64,000 bases of DNA from an uncultured Microthrixaceae bacterium (lineage in GTDB: Bacteria; Actinomycetota; Acidimicrobiia; Acidimicrobiales; VFJN01). The stretch spans positions 34,998-98,997 of the forward strand of contig CAVSIC010000021.1 in assembly GCA_963727905.1 (NCBI GenBank), in the 5' to 3' direction. A model generated the notes under the pieces. That model ran no database searches, was not told where the DNA came from, and saw only the letters and a list, made by a program, of their open reading frames with translations. This document shows, one piece after another, positions 52,018-61,812 of the stretch; position 1 is the first letter of the stretch; each line of letters begins with the position of its first letter. The translations under genes and the position numbers were made by a program.

Positions 52018-53559
52018 GACGTCTTCCTGCACCGCGCACTCGAACGGGCCGCCGCCCGGCTCGGAGCCCGCGACGCGGTGCTCGTCGGCGACGACCGCTT
52101 CTCGTTCGCCGACCTCGACGGGCGCAGCAACGCGGTCGCCCGTCACCTGGCCGGGTGCGGGGTGGCCAGGGGCGATCGGGTCGCCGTGATGATGACCAAC
52201 CGCGTCGAGTTCGTCCTCGTGGTGAACGCGGTCAGCAAGCTCGGGGCCGCGTCGGTGCTGCTCAGCCCGGCATGGAAGTCGCTCGAGGTCACCCACGCGA
52301 TCGGCCTCACGGCCCCCACCCACGCGGTGGCCGACGAGCCCGGTTCCGCGCTCCTCGCCGAGGTGCTCGGCGCGGAGCACGTGACGGACCTCAGCGACGC
52401 CGCCGCCCTCGCGGCTGCGCTCGACCACCCGACGGACCCGCTCGACCTCGCTGCGCTCGACCTCGCTGCGCTCGACCCCGTCGCGCTGGAGCCGGCCGAC
52501 GAGGCGATCCTCGTGTTCAGCTCCGGCACCACCGGGCTCCCGAAGGCGGTCCGCCACACGCACGCGTCGATGGGTGCCGCCACCCGGCACTGGGTCGCCG
52601 CCCTCGGCCTGGGGCCGGAGGACCGGTTCCAGGTGGCCACTCCCCCGTCGCACATCCTCGGCCTGCTCAACCTGCTGGCCGCGGCGGAGGCGGGCGCCAC
52701 GGTGCGCCTGCACGGCCGCTTCGACCTCGACGAGGTCCTCCGCCGGATCGGGTCCGATCGGATCACCCTCGAGATGGCGGTCGCCCCCATCGCCCTCGCG
52801 ATGGCCAACCACCCCACGCTGGAGTCCTTCGACCTCTCGTCGCTCCGCTACATCATGTGGGGCGCCACACCGGTCACCGAGAGCGTGGCCGCCACCGTCA
52901 CCGAGCGCACCGGCGTCCGCTTCCTGCCGGCCTACGGCGCCAGCGAGTTCCCCGTGCTCGCCTGCAACCCGGTGGCCGACCCCACCCGCTGGCGGCTCGA
53001 CTCCGCCGGGCTCCCCCCGACCGAGGTGGAGCTGCGCGTCGTCGACCTCGACACCCGCGAGGTGCTCGAGCCGGGAGGCATCGGCGAGATCCAGGCCCGC
53101 GGGCCGTCGGTCATGTCCGGGTACCTCCCCGACGAGGCCAACGCCGACGCGTTCGAGGACGGGTGGTACCGCACGGGCGACGTGGGGTGGCTCGAGGCCG
53201 AGGGCTGGGTGCACCTCACCGACCGGTCGAAGGAGATGATCAAGGTCAACGGCTTCCAGGTGGCCCCGGCCGAGATCGAGGCCGTGCTGCACGGTCACCC
53301 CGCCGTGCTCGACTGCGCGGTGTTCGGCATGGCCGACGAGCGGGCCGGCGAGGTGCCGGTCGCCGCGGTGCAGCTCGACCCCGACCGGCCGGTGGCCGAC
53401 GGCGAGCTCGAGCAGCTCGTGGCCGACTCGCTCGCCACCTACAAGCACCTCCGCCACCTCGTGGTGGTCGACGCCATCCCGCGGCTGCCGTCCGGGAAGG
53501 TGCTGCGGCGCACGCTCCGCGACGAGTGGACGCCCAAGCTCACCGCGGCGGACCGCTGA
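51991..53559 (+). CDS. AMP-dependent acyl-CoA synthetase 2 (start codon unresolved)
   Basis: 'LVFSSGTTGLPKAV', 'YGASEF', 'TGDVGWLEAEGWVHLTDRSKEMIKVNGFQVAPAEIE' and 'LPSGKVLRRTLR' are present. The N-terminal 'FLHRALERAAARLGARDAVLVGDDRFSFADLDGRSNAVARHL' is a normal ligase N-terminus, but no stop separates it from ligase 1. Confidence 0.8.
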   Translation: MKDELRARRDVFLHRALERAAARLGARDAVLVGDDRFSFADLDGRSNAVARHLAGCGVARGDRVAVMMTNRVEFVLVVNAVSKLGAASVLLSPAWKSLEVTHAIGLTAPTHAVADEPGSALLAEVLGAEHVTDLSDAAALAAALDHPTDPLDLAALDLAALDPVALEPADEAILVFSSGTTGLPKAVRHTHASMGAATRHWVAALGLGPEDRFQVATPPSHILGLLNLLAAAEAGATVRLHGRFDLDEVLRRIGSDRITLEMAVAPIALAMANHPTLESFDLSSLRYIMWGATPVTESVAATVTERTGVRFLPAYGASEFPVLACNPVADPTRWRLDSAGLPPTEVELRVVDLDTREVLEPGGIGEIQARGPSVMSGYLPDEANADAFEDGWYRTGDVGWLEAEGWVHLTDRSKEMIKVNGFQVAPAEIEAVLHGHPAVLDCAVFGMADERAGEVPVAAVQLDPDRPVADGELEQLVADSLATYKHLRHLVVVDAIPRLPSGKVLRRTLRDEWTPKLTAADR

Positions 53560-54620
53560 TGGACGTCCGCCTCTCGCCCGAGCAGAACGCCCTGCGCGAC
53601 TCCGCGGCCCAGGTGGTCGACCGACTCGGCGTCGGCGCCGTCGGCGAGCTCGACGACGTCGAGCGGGCTGCCAAGCTCGACGCCGCCGTCGACGCGGCCG
53701 GGTGGCGCGAGCTGCGGACCGACGACGACACGGGCGGGCCGCTGGCCTCCGCGGTCGAGGCCGGCCTGCTCGCCGAGGAGCTGGCTCGCGGCCTCGCCGA
53801 CGCCGCGTTCGTCGGACCGACGCTGGCCGCCGACCTCCGCCGACGAGCTGGCGCGCCGGCGGCCACCGTCCCCGAGACGGTCCTGCTCACCGGGGACCTC
53901 GGTGCGCTCGCGGTCGTCGAGGACCCCTCCCCTCCGGCGAACGCCGTCGCCGTCGACGCCCGAGGGGCCTCCACCGCCCTCGTGCTCATCCCCACGGGAG
54001 CCGGTCACGCGCTCGGCTGGGTCCGACTCCCCGCGGCGGAGACGCGCACCGACCTCACCCGAGCGATGGCACCGTGCGGCGCGGGCGCCGAGGTCGTCCT
54101 CGTCCCCGACCAGCAGCGGACGCTCTGGGAGGACGACCTGGCCGCGTGGACGGCGCTCGGGCTGGCGCTCACCTCCGCCGACCTCGTCGGCACGATGCGC
54201 GGCGCAGTGGACCTCGGGTGCGGGTACGCCAAGGACCGCCACCAGTACGGCAGCCCGATCGGCTCGTTCCAGGCGGTGCAGCACCTGCTCGCCGACGCGT
54301 TCGTGGCGATGGAGGGGTCTCGCAGCGTCGCGCTCCACGCGGCGTGGGCGGTCGATTCGCTCCCGCCGCGGGAGGCGCTGGCCGCCGCCGCGCTGGCCAA
54401 GGCGTACTGCGCCCGCGCCGCCCGCACGGCGTGCGAGACGGCCATCCAGGTGCACGGCGGCATCGGCAACACCTGGGAGTGCCTCGCCCACGTGCACCTC
54501 CGCCGGGCGCTGCTGTCGACCGACGTGCTCGGCGGCGCCGGCGCCAACCTCGACCGGGTGCTCGCCCACCGCGGGCTCAAGGGGTCCCAGGAGATCGGAG
54601 GTGCCCGTGGACTTCGGTGA
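53559..54620 (+). CDS. Acyl-CoA dehydrogenase family protein (first member of an adjacent ACAD pair)
   Basis: 353 aa. Its ATG overlaps the ligase stop (TGATG). 'YAKDRHQYGSPIGSFQAVQHLLAD...IQVHGGIGNTWECLAHVHLRRA' is an ACAD C-terminal domain. It lacks the 'SEPDAGSD' middle-domain motif. Confidence 0.85.
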   Translation: MDVRLSPEQNALRDSAAQVVDRLGVGAVGELDDVERAAKLDAAVDAAGWRELRTDDDTGGPLASAVEAGLLAEELARGLADAAFVGPTLAADLRRRAGAPAATVPETVLLTGDLGALAVVEDPSPPANAVAVDARGASTALVLIPTGAGHALGWVRLPAAETRTDLTRAMAPCGAGAEVVLVPDQQRTLWEDDLAAWTALGLALTSADLVGTMRGAVDLGCGYAKDRHQYGSPIGSFQAVQHLLADAFVAMEGSRSVALHAAWAVDSLPPREALAAAALAKAYCARAARTACETAIQVHGGIGNTWECLAHVHLRRALLSTDVLGGAGANLDRVLAHRGLKGSQEIGGARGLR

Positions 54621-55736
54621 CGCCCCTGAGGAGGCCGCCTTCCGCCACCGCCTGCGCGAGCTGGCTCGCGGAGAACAACCCGGGGCTCCCGACGTCGTCG
54701 ACCGACGACGACTACTGGGCCGGTGCCGCCGCCTGGCACCAGGCGCTCTACGACGCCGGCTTCTTCGCGCATGTCGTGGCCGAAGGAGATCGGCGGCCAG
54801 GAGCTGTCGACCGTCTACGAGGTGATCGTCGACGAGGAGCTGGCCGCCGCCGGCGCCCCGCCCCGCCCGAGCCTCGGCTACCTCGTGAAGGGCATCCTCG
54901 AGCACGGCAGCGAGGACGTCCAGCGGCGCTTCCTGCCCGGGATCGTCAACGGGCGCGAGCGCTGGTGCCAGGGGTTCAGCGAGCCCGACGCCGGCTCCGA
55001 CCTCGCCTCGCTCCGCACCCGGGCCGTGCGCGACGGCGACGACTACGTCATCACCGGGCACAAGGTCTGGACGAGCTACTCCGACGTCGCCGACTGGTGC
55101 CTCGTGCTCGCCCGCACCGACCCCGACGTGGCCAAGCACAAGGGCCTCTCCGCCTTCATCGTGGCGATGGACCAGCCGGGCATCGAGCAGCGTCCGCTCC
55201 GCATGATCAACGGCATCACCACCGAGTTCGGCGAGGTGATCTTCGACGACGCCCGCGTCCCCGCCGCCAACATGATCGGCGACCCCGGCGAGGGGTGGCG
55301 CCTGGCGATGACCGTCGTCAGCCACGAGCGCGAGCCGGGCGAGCTCGGCTACGTCGCCCGCTACACGAAGTCCGTGAACCAGCTCGCCGCCGCGGTGCGC
55401 GAGGAGCCCGAGCGGTTCTCCGACGACCAGGTCACGGACCTCGGCTGGGCCATCGTCGAGGCGGAGATGCTGCGGCTCCACGTCTGCCGCCGGCTGTCCG
55501 ATCGCCTCGACGGCATCGAGCACGGCCCCGATGGCTCGGTGGACAAGCTGCTGATGACCTCCGTCGAGCAGGCCGTCGGCCACGCGGCGCTGGCGATCGG
55601 CGGGACCGGCCACGCCGGCGCGGACACGTGGCTCAAGATCTACCTGTACAGCCGGGCCCAGAGCGTCATGGGCGGCACCTCGCAGATCCAGCGCAACCTC
55701 GTGGCCACCCGCATCCTCGGGCTCCCCACCTCCTGA
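54601..55736 (+). pseudogene. Acyl-CoA dehydrogenase (second member of the pair), two +1 frame breaks at about 54660 and 54770
   Basis: The segments VPVDFGDAPEEAAFRHRLRE, WLAENNPGLPTSSTDDDYWAGAAAWHQALYDAGFFA and MSWPKEIGGQELS...CQGFSEPDAGSDLASLRTRAVRDGDDYVITGHKVWTSY...MGGTSQIQRNLVATRILGLPTS* lie in three successive frames. Confidence 0.8.
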
Positions 55737-55768
55737 TCCACCCCCTCCCGCTGAGCAAGGATCCCCGC

Positions 55769-56566
55769 ATGACCAAGTACGACCTGCCGAACGAGATCCA
55801 GGTCGAGGCCGACGGCCCGATCCGGGTCATCCGGCTCAACCGGCCCGACGAGCTCAACGCCACCAACCACGAGCTCCACAAGGGCCTGGCCGAGCTGTTC
55901 CCGCAGCTCGACGCCGACCTCGACGCCCGGGTGGCGGTGCTCACCGGCAACGGCCGGGCCTTCTCCGCCGGCGGCGACTTCGGCTACATCGACGAGCTCA
56001 CCAAGGACGTCGACCTCCGCCGCGAGACGCTCGTGCACGGGCGCCAGATCGTCACCGGGATGGTCGCCTGCCGCCTGCCGATCGTGGCCGCCGTGAACGG
56101 CCCCGCCGTCGGGCTCGGCTGCAGCCTGGTGGCCCTGTCCGACATCGTGTTCATGGCCGAGAGCGCCCACCTCGCCGACCCCCACGTGCTCATCGGCCTC
56201 GTCGCCGCCGACGGCGGGCCCGTCACCTGGCCGCTGCTCACCAGCCTGCAGCTGGCCAAGGAGTACGCCCTCACCGGCGATCGGATCTCGGCCGAGCGGG
56301 CCGCGGAGATCGGCCTGGCCAACCACGTGTGCCCCGACGACGAGGTGTTCGACCAGGCCCTGGCCTGCGCCAAGAAGATCGCCAAGCTGCCCCAGAAGGC
56401 GTCCGAGGACACCAAGCGCATCCTCAACCTGCACCTCGAGCGGGCGGTGCTGGCCACCCTCGACTTCGCGTTCGCCGCCGAGGACCGCTCGTTCACCTCG
56501 CCCGAGCTGCGGGCCAACCTCGATCGCATGATGTCTGGTGACAAGCCAGCGAAGAAGGACGCCTAG
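55769..56566 (+). CDS. Enoyl-CoA hydratase/isomerase (crotonase)
   Basis: 265 aa. 'VLTGNGRAFSAGGDF' and 'AAVNGPAVGLGCSL' are crotonase oxyanion-hole motifs. Confidence 0.9.
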   Translation: MTKYDLPNEIQVEADGPIRVIRLNRPDELNATNHELHKGLAELFPQLDADLDARVAVLTGNGRAFSAGGDFGYIDELTKDVDLRRETLVHGRQIVTGMVACRLPIVAAVNGPAVGLGCSLVALSDIVFMAESAHLADPHVLIGLVAADGGPVTWPLLTSLQLAKEYALTGDRISAERAAEIGLANHVCPDDEVFDQALACAKKIAKLPQKASEDTKRILNLHLERAVLATLDFAFAAEDRSFTSPELRANLDRMMSGDKPAKKDA

Positions 56567-56569
56567 CCC

Positions 56570-57669
56570 GTGGACTTCGAGCTGACCGACGAGCAGGTCG
56601 CGCTGCAGGAGATCGCCCGCGAGGTGGTCGAGCGCGAGTGCCCGCCCACGCTCGTGCGCGCCGTCGTCGAGGACGACGCCGACACCGACGCGCTCTGGAA
56701 GACGCTCGTCGGCCTCGAGTGGCCCGGCCTCACCGTGCCGGTGGAGCACGGCGGCAGCGGCGCGACCACGGTCGAGCTGGCGGTCGTGCTCGAGCAGCTC
56801 GGCTGGGCGGCCGACCCCACCCCGTTCCTCGCCACCACGACCCAGCACCTCCCGCTCGTGGCCGAGGCGCTCGAGGGCGCGGTGCGCGACGAGCGCCTGG
56901 CGGCCATCGCCGGTGGCAGCCCGGGCGCGGCCGTGCTCGACGCCGGCACCGTCTCGGCCCGCGCCGACGGCGACGACTGGGTGCTGACGGGGACCGCCCC
57001 GCACGTGCTCGACGCCGACCGGGCCGACGAGCTCGCGGTGGTCGTCACGACCGAGCACGGGCCCGGCGTCGTCCTCGTCCCGGGCGGCGTCGGCGCGGCG
57101 ACCAGGGAGCCGTCGGTCGACGCCAGCTTCCACCTGTGCACGGTGACCCTCGACGGCGTCCGCGTGCCGTCGGCCCGCGTGGCGACGGGACCCGCGGTGG
57201 CGACCGCGATCGAGCGGGCCCGCCACGAGGCGCTCACCGGGCTGGCCGCCGCGATGGTCGGCGCCTCGCAGCGGGTCTTCGACCTCGTGCTCGACCACAT
57301 CCGCAGCCGCCACCAGTTCGGCGTGCCCATCGGCTCGTTCCAGGCCGTGAAGCACATGGCCGTCGACGTGCTACATGGCGATCGAGCGGGCCCGGGCCCT
57401 CGTGCCAGTTCGCGGCGCTGACCATCGCCGAGGACGACGAGCGGCGGACGCTGGCCGCCTCGCTGGCCAAGGCGGCCGCCGGCGACGCCCAGCGCATCGC
57501 CAGCCAGCACGGCATCCAGCTGTTCGGCGGCCTCGGCTACACGTGGGAGAACGACCTGCAGCTCTACCTGCGGCGGGCCAAGGTCGGCGAGCTGCTCCTC
57601 GGCTCCGCCCACCAGCACCGCGTCGCCATCAGCCGGCTCGTCCTCGCGGAGCAGGAGGCACCCCGATGA
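56570..57669 (+). pseudogene. Acyl-CoA dehydrogenase family protein, two +1 frame breaks within about 45 nt (57370-57415)
   Basis: MDFELTDEQVALQEIAREVV...RHQFGVPIGSFQAVKHMAVDV is followed by MAIERARALV and then FAALTIAEDDERRTLAASLAKAAAGDAQRIASQHGIQLFGGLGYTWENDLQLYLRRAKVGELLLG...*, in three successive frames. Confidence 0.8.
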
Positions 57670-58864
57670 AGCTGGCCTTCGACGACGCAGACCGAGGCCT
57701 TCCGCCGCGAGTTCGGCGCGTGGCTCGACGCCAACGCGCCGACGCCCGAGGACGACCACCGAGCGCCCGCGCTCGAGCGCGCACATCCCCGAGTGGGCCC
57801 GCCGGTGGCAGCGCACGATGTTCGACGCCGGGTGGCTCGTCCCCGGCAACCCGCCCGAGTTCGGCGGCCGCAACGCCACCCTGCTCGAGCAGTTCGTCCA
57901 CCACGAGGAGCTGGCCCGCCGGAAGATCTACGCCAGCTTCAACCCGCAGGGGCTCTCGATCATCGTCCCGTCGATCCTCGGCTTCGGCACCGACGAGCAG
58001 AAGCAGCGGTGGGCCCGGCCGATCCTGCGGGCCGAGATGACCGCCGCCCTCGGGATGAGCGAGCCCGACGCCGGCTCCGACCTGGCCGGGCTGCGCACCC
58101 GGGCGGTGCTCGACGGCGACCAGTTCGTCGTCAACGGGCAGAAGGTGTGGACCTCCGGCGCGCACGACGCCGACGTGATCCTCACCTTCGTCCGCACCGA
58201 TCCCGACGCGCCGAAGCACAAGGGCATCAGCGTGCTCCTCATCCCGACCGACACCCCCGGCGTGACCCGGCGCCCGTTCGGCTCGATCCAGGGCAAGGCG
58301 GACCAGGACTTCAACGAGGTCTTCTTCGACGACGCCGTCGTCCCCGCCGAGAACCTCCTCGGCGACGCTCCACGAGGGGTGGCGGGTGGCCACCGGCTCG
58401 CTCGGCCACGAGCGGGCGATGCTCTGGCTGGAGTACTCCGGCCACCTGCAGGACCTGACCGAGCGCGGCGGCAACGTGCTCCTCGACGAGGGCCTGCTCG
58501 ACGACGAGCTACGCGCTCGACTGGTTCGGTCGCCTCGTGACCGACGCCCACGCGCTGAGGCTCCTCGGCTACCGCACCCTGGCCAAGACCGGGAAGGGGC
58601 TCGTCCCCACGGAGCAGTCGATCCTCAAGCTCCTCGGCAGCGAGGCCGTGCAGGCCGCCACGCTCCACGTGCTCGAGGCGCTCGGCCCCGACGGGCTCGA
58701 TCCCAACGTGCCGCAGCGCGCCCGCCGAGCCCCTCAACCTCGACGTGTGGACCGAGGGCTGGTTCGACCAGTACCTGCGCACGTTCTCGATGACCATCGC
58801 CGGCGGCACGTCGCAGATCCAGCGCAACATCGTGGCCGAGCACGTGCTCGGCCTCCCCCGCTAG
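57666..58864 (+). pseudogene. Acyl-CoA dehydrogenase, five successive +1 frame breaks
   Basis: ATG 57666 overlaps the upstream stop (ATGA). The segments are MKLAFDDA, EAFRREFGAWLDANAPTPEDD.., HIPEWARRWQRTMFDAGW...MSEPDAGSDLAGLRTRAVLDGDQFVVNGQKVWTSGA...ENLLG, LHEGWRVATGSLGHERAMLWLEY..., YALDWFGRLVTDAHALRLLGYRTLAK... and EPLNLDVWTEGWFDQYLRTFSMTIAGGTSQIQRNIVAEHVLGLPR*. The frame order is 0,1,2,0,1,2. Confidence 0.8.
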
Positions 58865-58870
58865 TCCGGC

Positions 58871-59375
58871 TCAGGGCTCGTCCACCCGGTCGCCCTCGGC
58901 GACCCGGATCTTGCCGATGAGCCGCACGAGGAGGGCCAGCTCCTCCTCCGAGAGCTCGACCGTGTCGAACAGGTCGGCGTTCAGGCCGGTCGACGGCGCG
59001 GTCGAACAGCTTCCGGCCCTTCGCCGTGATCTCCACGAGCGTGGCCCGGGCGTCGGTCGGGTGCGACGCCGGCGGCAGAGGCCCGCGCGCCTCCAGGCGG
59101 TCGACGGCGCTGGTGACGGTGGCCGGCGTGATCCAGAGCCCGTGGCCGACGGCGCCCAGCGTCAGCGGACCGGCCCACCGGAGCATCCCGAGCACCTGGT
59201 AGCGGGCGAAGGTCAGCCCGAGCGGCCGCAGCACGGCCGTGGCGCGGCTCAGGAAGATCTGCTCGGCCCGCATCACGGACACGACCGCGGCCATGCCGTC
59301 GGCGCTGTCGGTCCAACCCTCCTGGAGCCAGCGCTGGCGCGAGGCCTCGACGGGGTCGTAGTCGAGGTGGGGCAC
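58871..59375 (-). pseudogene. MarR-family transcriptional regulator, one +1 frame break near 58990
   Basis: GTG 59375. 'LGLTFARYQVLGMLRWAGPLTLGAVGHGLWITPATVTSAVDRLEARG...HPTDARATLVEITAKGRKLFDRAV' is a winged-helix MarR core. The C-terminus (LNADLFDTVELSEEELALLVRLIGKIRVAEGDRVDEP*) is readable only after skipping one base. Confidence 0.75.
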
Positions 59376-59384
59376 CGGCCGAAC

Positions 59385-61812
59385 CTAGCCCCGCGATGCC
59401 GGCGCCCGGCCCGTGACGCCGCGCTCCGCGAGGTCGGCGAGCTCCTCGTCGGACAGGCCGAGGGCCCCGAGCACCTCCGTCGTGTGCTCGCCCAGCAGGG
59501 GGGCGTGGCGGCGATGGATGCGCTCCGGCCCGCGGGAGAACCGCATCGGCAGCGTGCTGTGCCGGGCGGTGCCGGCGATCGGGTGGTCGACCAGCTCGAA
59601 GAACCCGCGGTGCTGCAGCTGGGGCAGCTCGCCCTGCTGGTGCGGCAGGACCACCTTGCCGACAGGGACCCCCGCCTCCCAGAGGGCGTCGACGACCTCG
59701 TCGCCGGTCCGCGCGTCGCACCAGGCGGACAGCTCGGCGTCGATCTCGTCGTGGCGGGCCCGGCGGCCGTCAACGGTGTCCAGCTCGGGGTCCATCGCCC
59801 AGTCGGGGCCGCCGAGCGCCTCGCGGAGGGCAGCCCACTGGTCGTCGGTGGCGACAGCGATGGCCACCCAGTCGTCTCGCCCGCCGGCGTCGTCGACGTC
59901 GGCCGTGCGGTAGAGGCCCTGGGGCGCGGCGGCCGGGCCGCGGTTGCCGTGCCTCGCGAGGACCGCGCCGTAGGCCGCGTGCTCCACGATCTGCTCGGCG
60001 GCCACGTTGAGCGCGGCGTCGACCATCGGGGCCTCCACGACCACGCCCTCGCCGGTCCGCCGCCGGTGCTCGAGCGCGAGGAGCAGCCCGGTCAGCGCGT
60101 GGAGGCCGGCGTTGGAGTCGCCCACGCAGTACGGCGACACCGGGTTGGTGTCCGGGAACCCGGTCCGCCAGGTGATGCCGGCGGCGTCTTCGATCACGAA
60201 CGCGAACGCGGGTCGTCGCGCCACGGCCCGTCGAGGCCGAAGCCGGGCATCCGCACCACCACCAGGTCGGGCCGGAGCCCGCGCACCGTGTCGAGGTCGA
60301 GTCCGATCTGCTCGAGCACCCGGGGCGTGTTGTTCTCGACGAGGACGTCGCAGGTCGCGACGAGTCGGCGCGACCAGCTCCTTGCCCTCGTCGGTGGCGA
60401 GGTCGAGGGTGACGCTGCGCTTGCCGGCGTTGAGCCCGGAGAAGATCCCCGACTGCTCCCACCAGTCGGGCTCCGAGAAGCGGAGCCCCGCCAGCATCCG
60501 GGTGCCGTCGGGCCGGGTGGTCGACTCGAGGTGGAGCACGTCGGCCCCGAGCATCGCCAGCACGTGCGTGCACAGCGGCCCCGCCCAGAACGCCGTGAGG
60601 TCCAGCACCCGCAACCCCGCGAAGGGCAAGGACCCCACCCCAATGGGTTCTCGCGACGCCGGCGGGACGCCGGCGTCGTCCCCGCGTCGCAGGTTCGACG
60701 GGGTGTGCTCGCCGAGGTGGGGGGCGGGGGTGGGGGTCGCCAGCAGCGGGGGGTCGAAGCGGTAGGGGCGGGCGGGCTCGGCGAAGCCGTCGCGGGGGTT
60801 GGCGACGATCGAGCCGCGGGCCTGGAAGTGGTCGGTGGCGGGGATGGAGGCGCCGTTGCCGATCGGGGCGTGGGGGATGCGGAACGCCCCGGCCAGGTCG
60901 AGGACCTCGGCCGTGGTGTGCTCGGCCATCCAGGCCGCGATCTCCGGCCGCAGGTGCGACCGGTCGGCGAAGAGCTTCCGGTCGTCGGTCCACTCGTCGT
61001 GGCCGACCATCGTGCAGAAGTCGAGCCACTGCTGGCCGGTGCCGACGCCGAGGCCGACGAGGCCGTCGCTCGTCGACTCCACGCCGGGGGTGACGTTGCT
61101 GCGACCGGTGCGGAAGGGCCGACCCACCATGTCGGCGTAGGTCACCGGGTAGTAGGTGAGGCACATCGCCATCACCTCGAGCATCGACAGGTCGACCAGC
61201 TCGCCAGGGCCGTCGGCCAGCGCCCGGGTCCGGGACACGAGCGTGCCGATGGCCGCGTAGGTGCCGGAGAGCCACTCGCCGATCTGCCCGCCGACGGACA
61301 CCGGGGCCCGGTCGGGCGCAGCCGCGGCCGAGCCCGAGGATCCCGCCGGACCAGGCCTGCAGCGTGAGGTCGGTGGCCGGCCGGTCGCTCCACGGCCCGT
61401 CGAGGCCGAACGGCGTGATGGCGGTGACCGTGAGGTGCGGGGCCGACTCCCGGAGCGCGGCCGGCGAGAGCGACGGGAGCTCGGCCAGCCGCGAGCCGCG
61501 CGACCACACGACCGCGTCCGCCCCGCGCAGGAGCTCGTGCACCCCCTCGATGGCGGCGGCGTCGCCCGGATCGACGACGACGCTGCGCTTCGACGAGGCC
61601 AGGAACGCGAACAGCGCGCCGTCCTCGCCGTGGGGGATGGCCGCGCCCGAGGCCGACCAGCGGCGCAGCGGGTCGCCCTCCGGCGCCTCGACCTTGACGA
61701 CGTCCGCGCCGCCGTCGGCGAGGAGCTTCGTGCAGTAGGCGCCGGCGATCCCGCTGGAGAGGTCGACGACGACGTAGCCGTGCAGGGGCGGGGTGGGGGC
61801 AGCCGCGCTCAC
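59385..61812 (-). pseudogene. Double-domain family III (CaiB/BaiF) CoA-transferase, three frame breaks (about 61335, 60375, 60205)
   Basis: GTG 61812 overlaps the upstream stop (GTGA). Domain 1 reads 'LHGYVVVDLSSGIAGAYCTKLLADGGADVVKVEAPEGDP'. Domain 2 reads 'LAGLRVLDLTAFWAGPLCTHVLAMLGADVLHLES'. The segment 'RLVATCDVLVENNTPRVLEQIGLDLDTVRGLRPDLVVVRMPGFGLDGPWRDDP' sits in a different frame from its flanks. Confidence 0.8.

Noticed and set aside
54601-58864. Frame breaks as programmed ribosomal frameshifting or transcriptional slippage sites.
   Set aside because: No slippery heptamers (X XXY YYZ), no poly-A/T slippage tracts, no zero-frame stop at the shift sites and no conserved downstream structure were seen. 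There are far too many sites per gene; one ACAD has five.
59020-59060. A possible second pair of compensating indels in the MarR gene (region encoding 'EARGPLPPASHPTD', where 'EARGL.RR..HPTD' is expected).
   Set aside because: The observed frame is continuous and the alternative requires +1/+2 events. It cannot be distinguished from natural sequence divergence without homologues.
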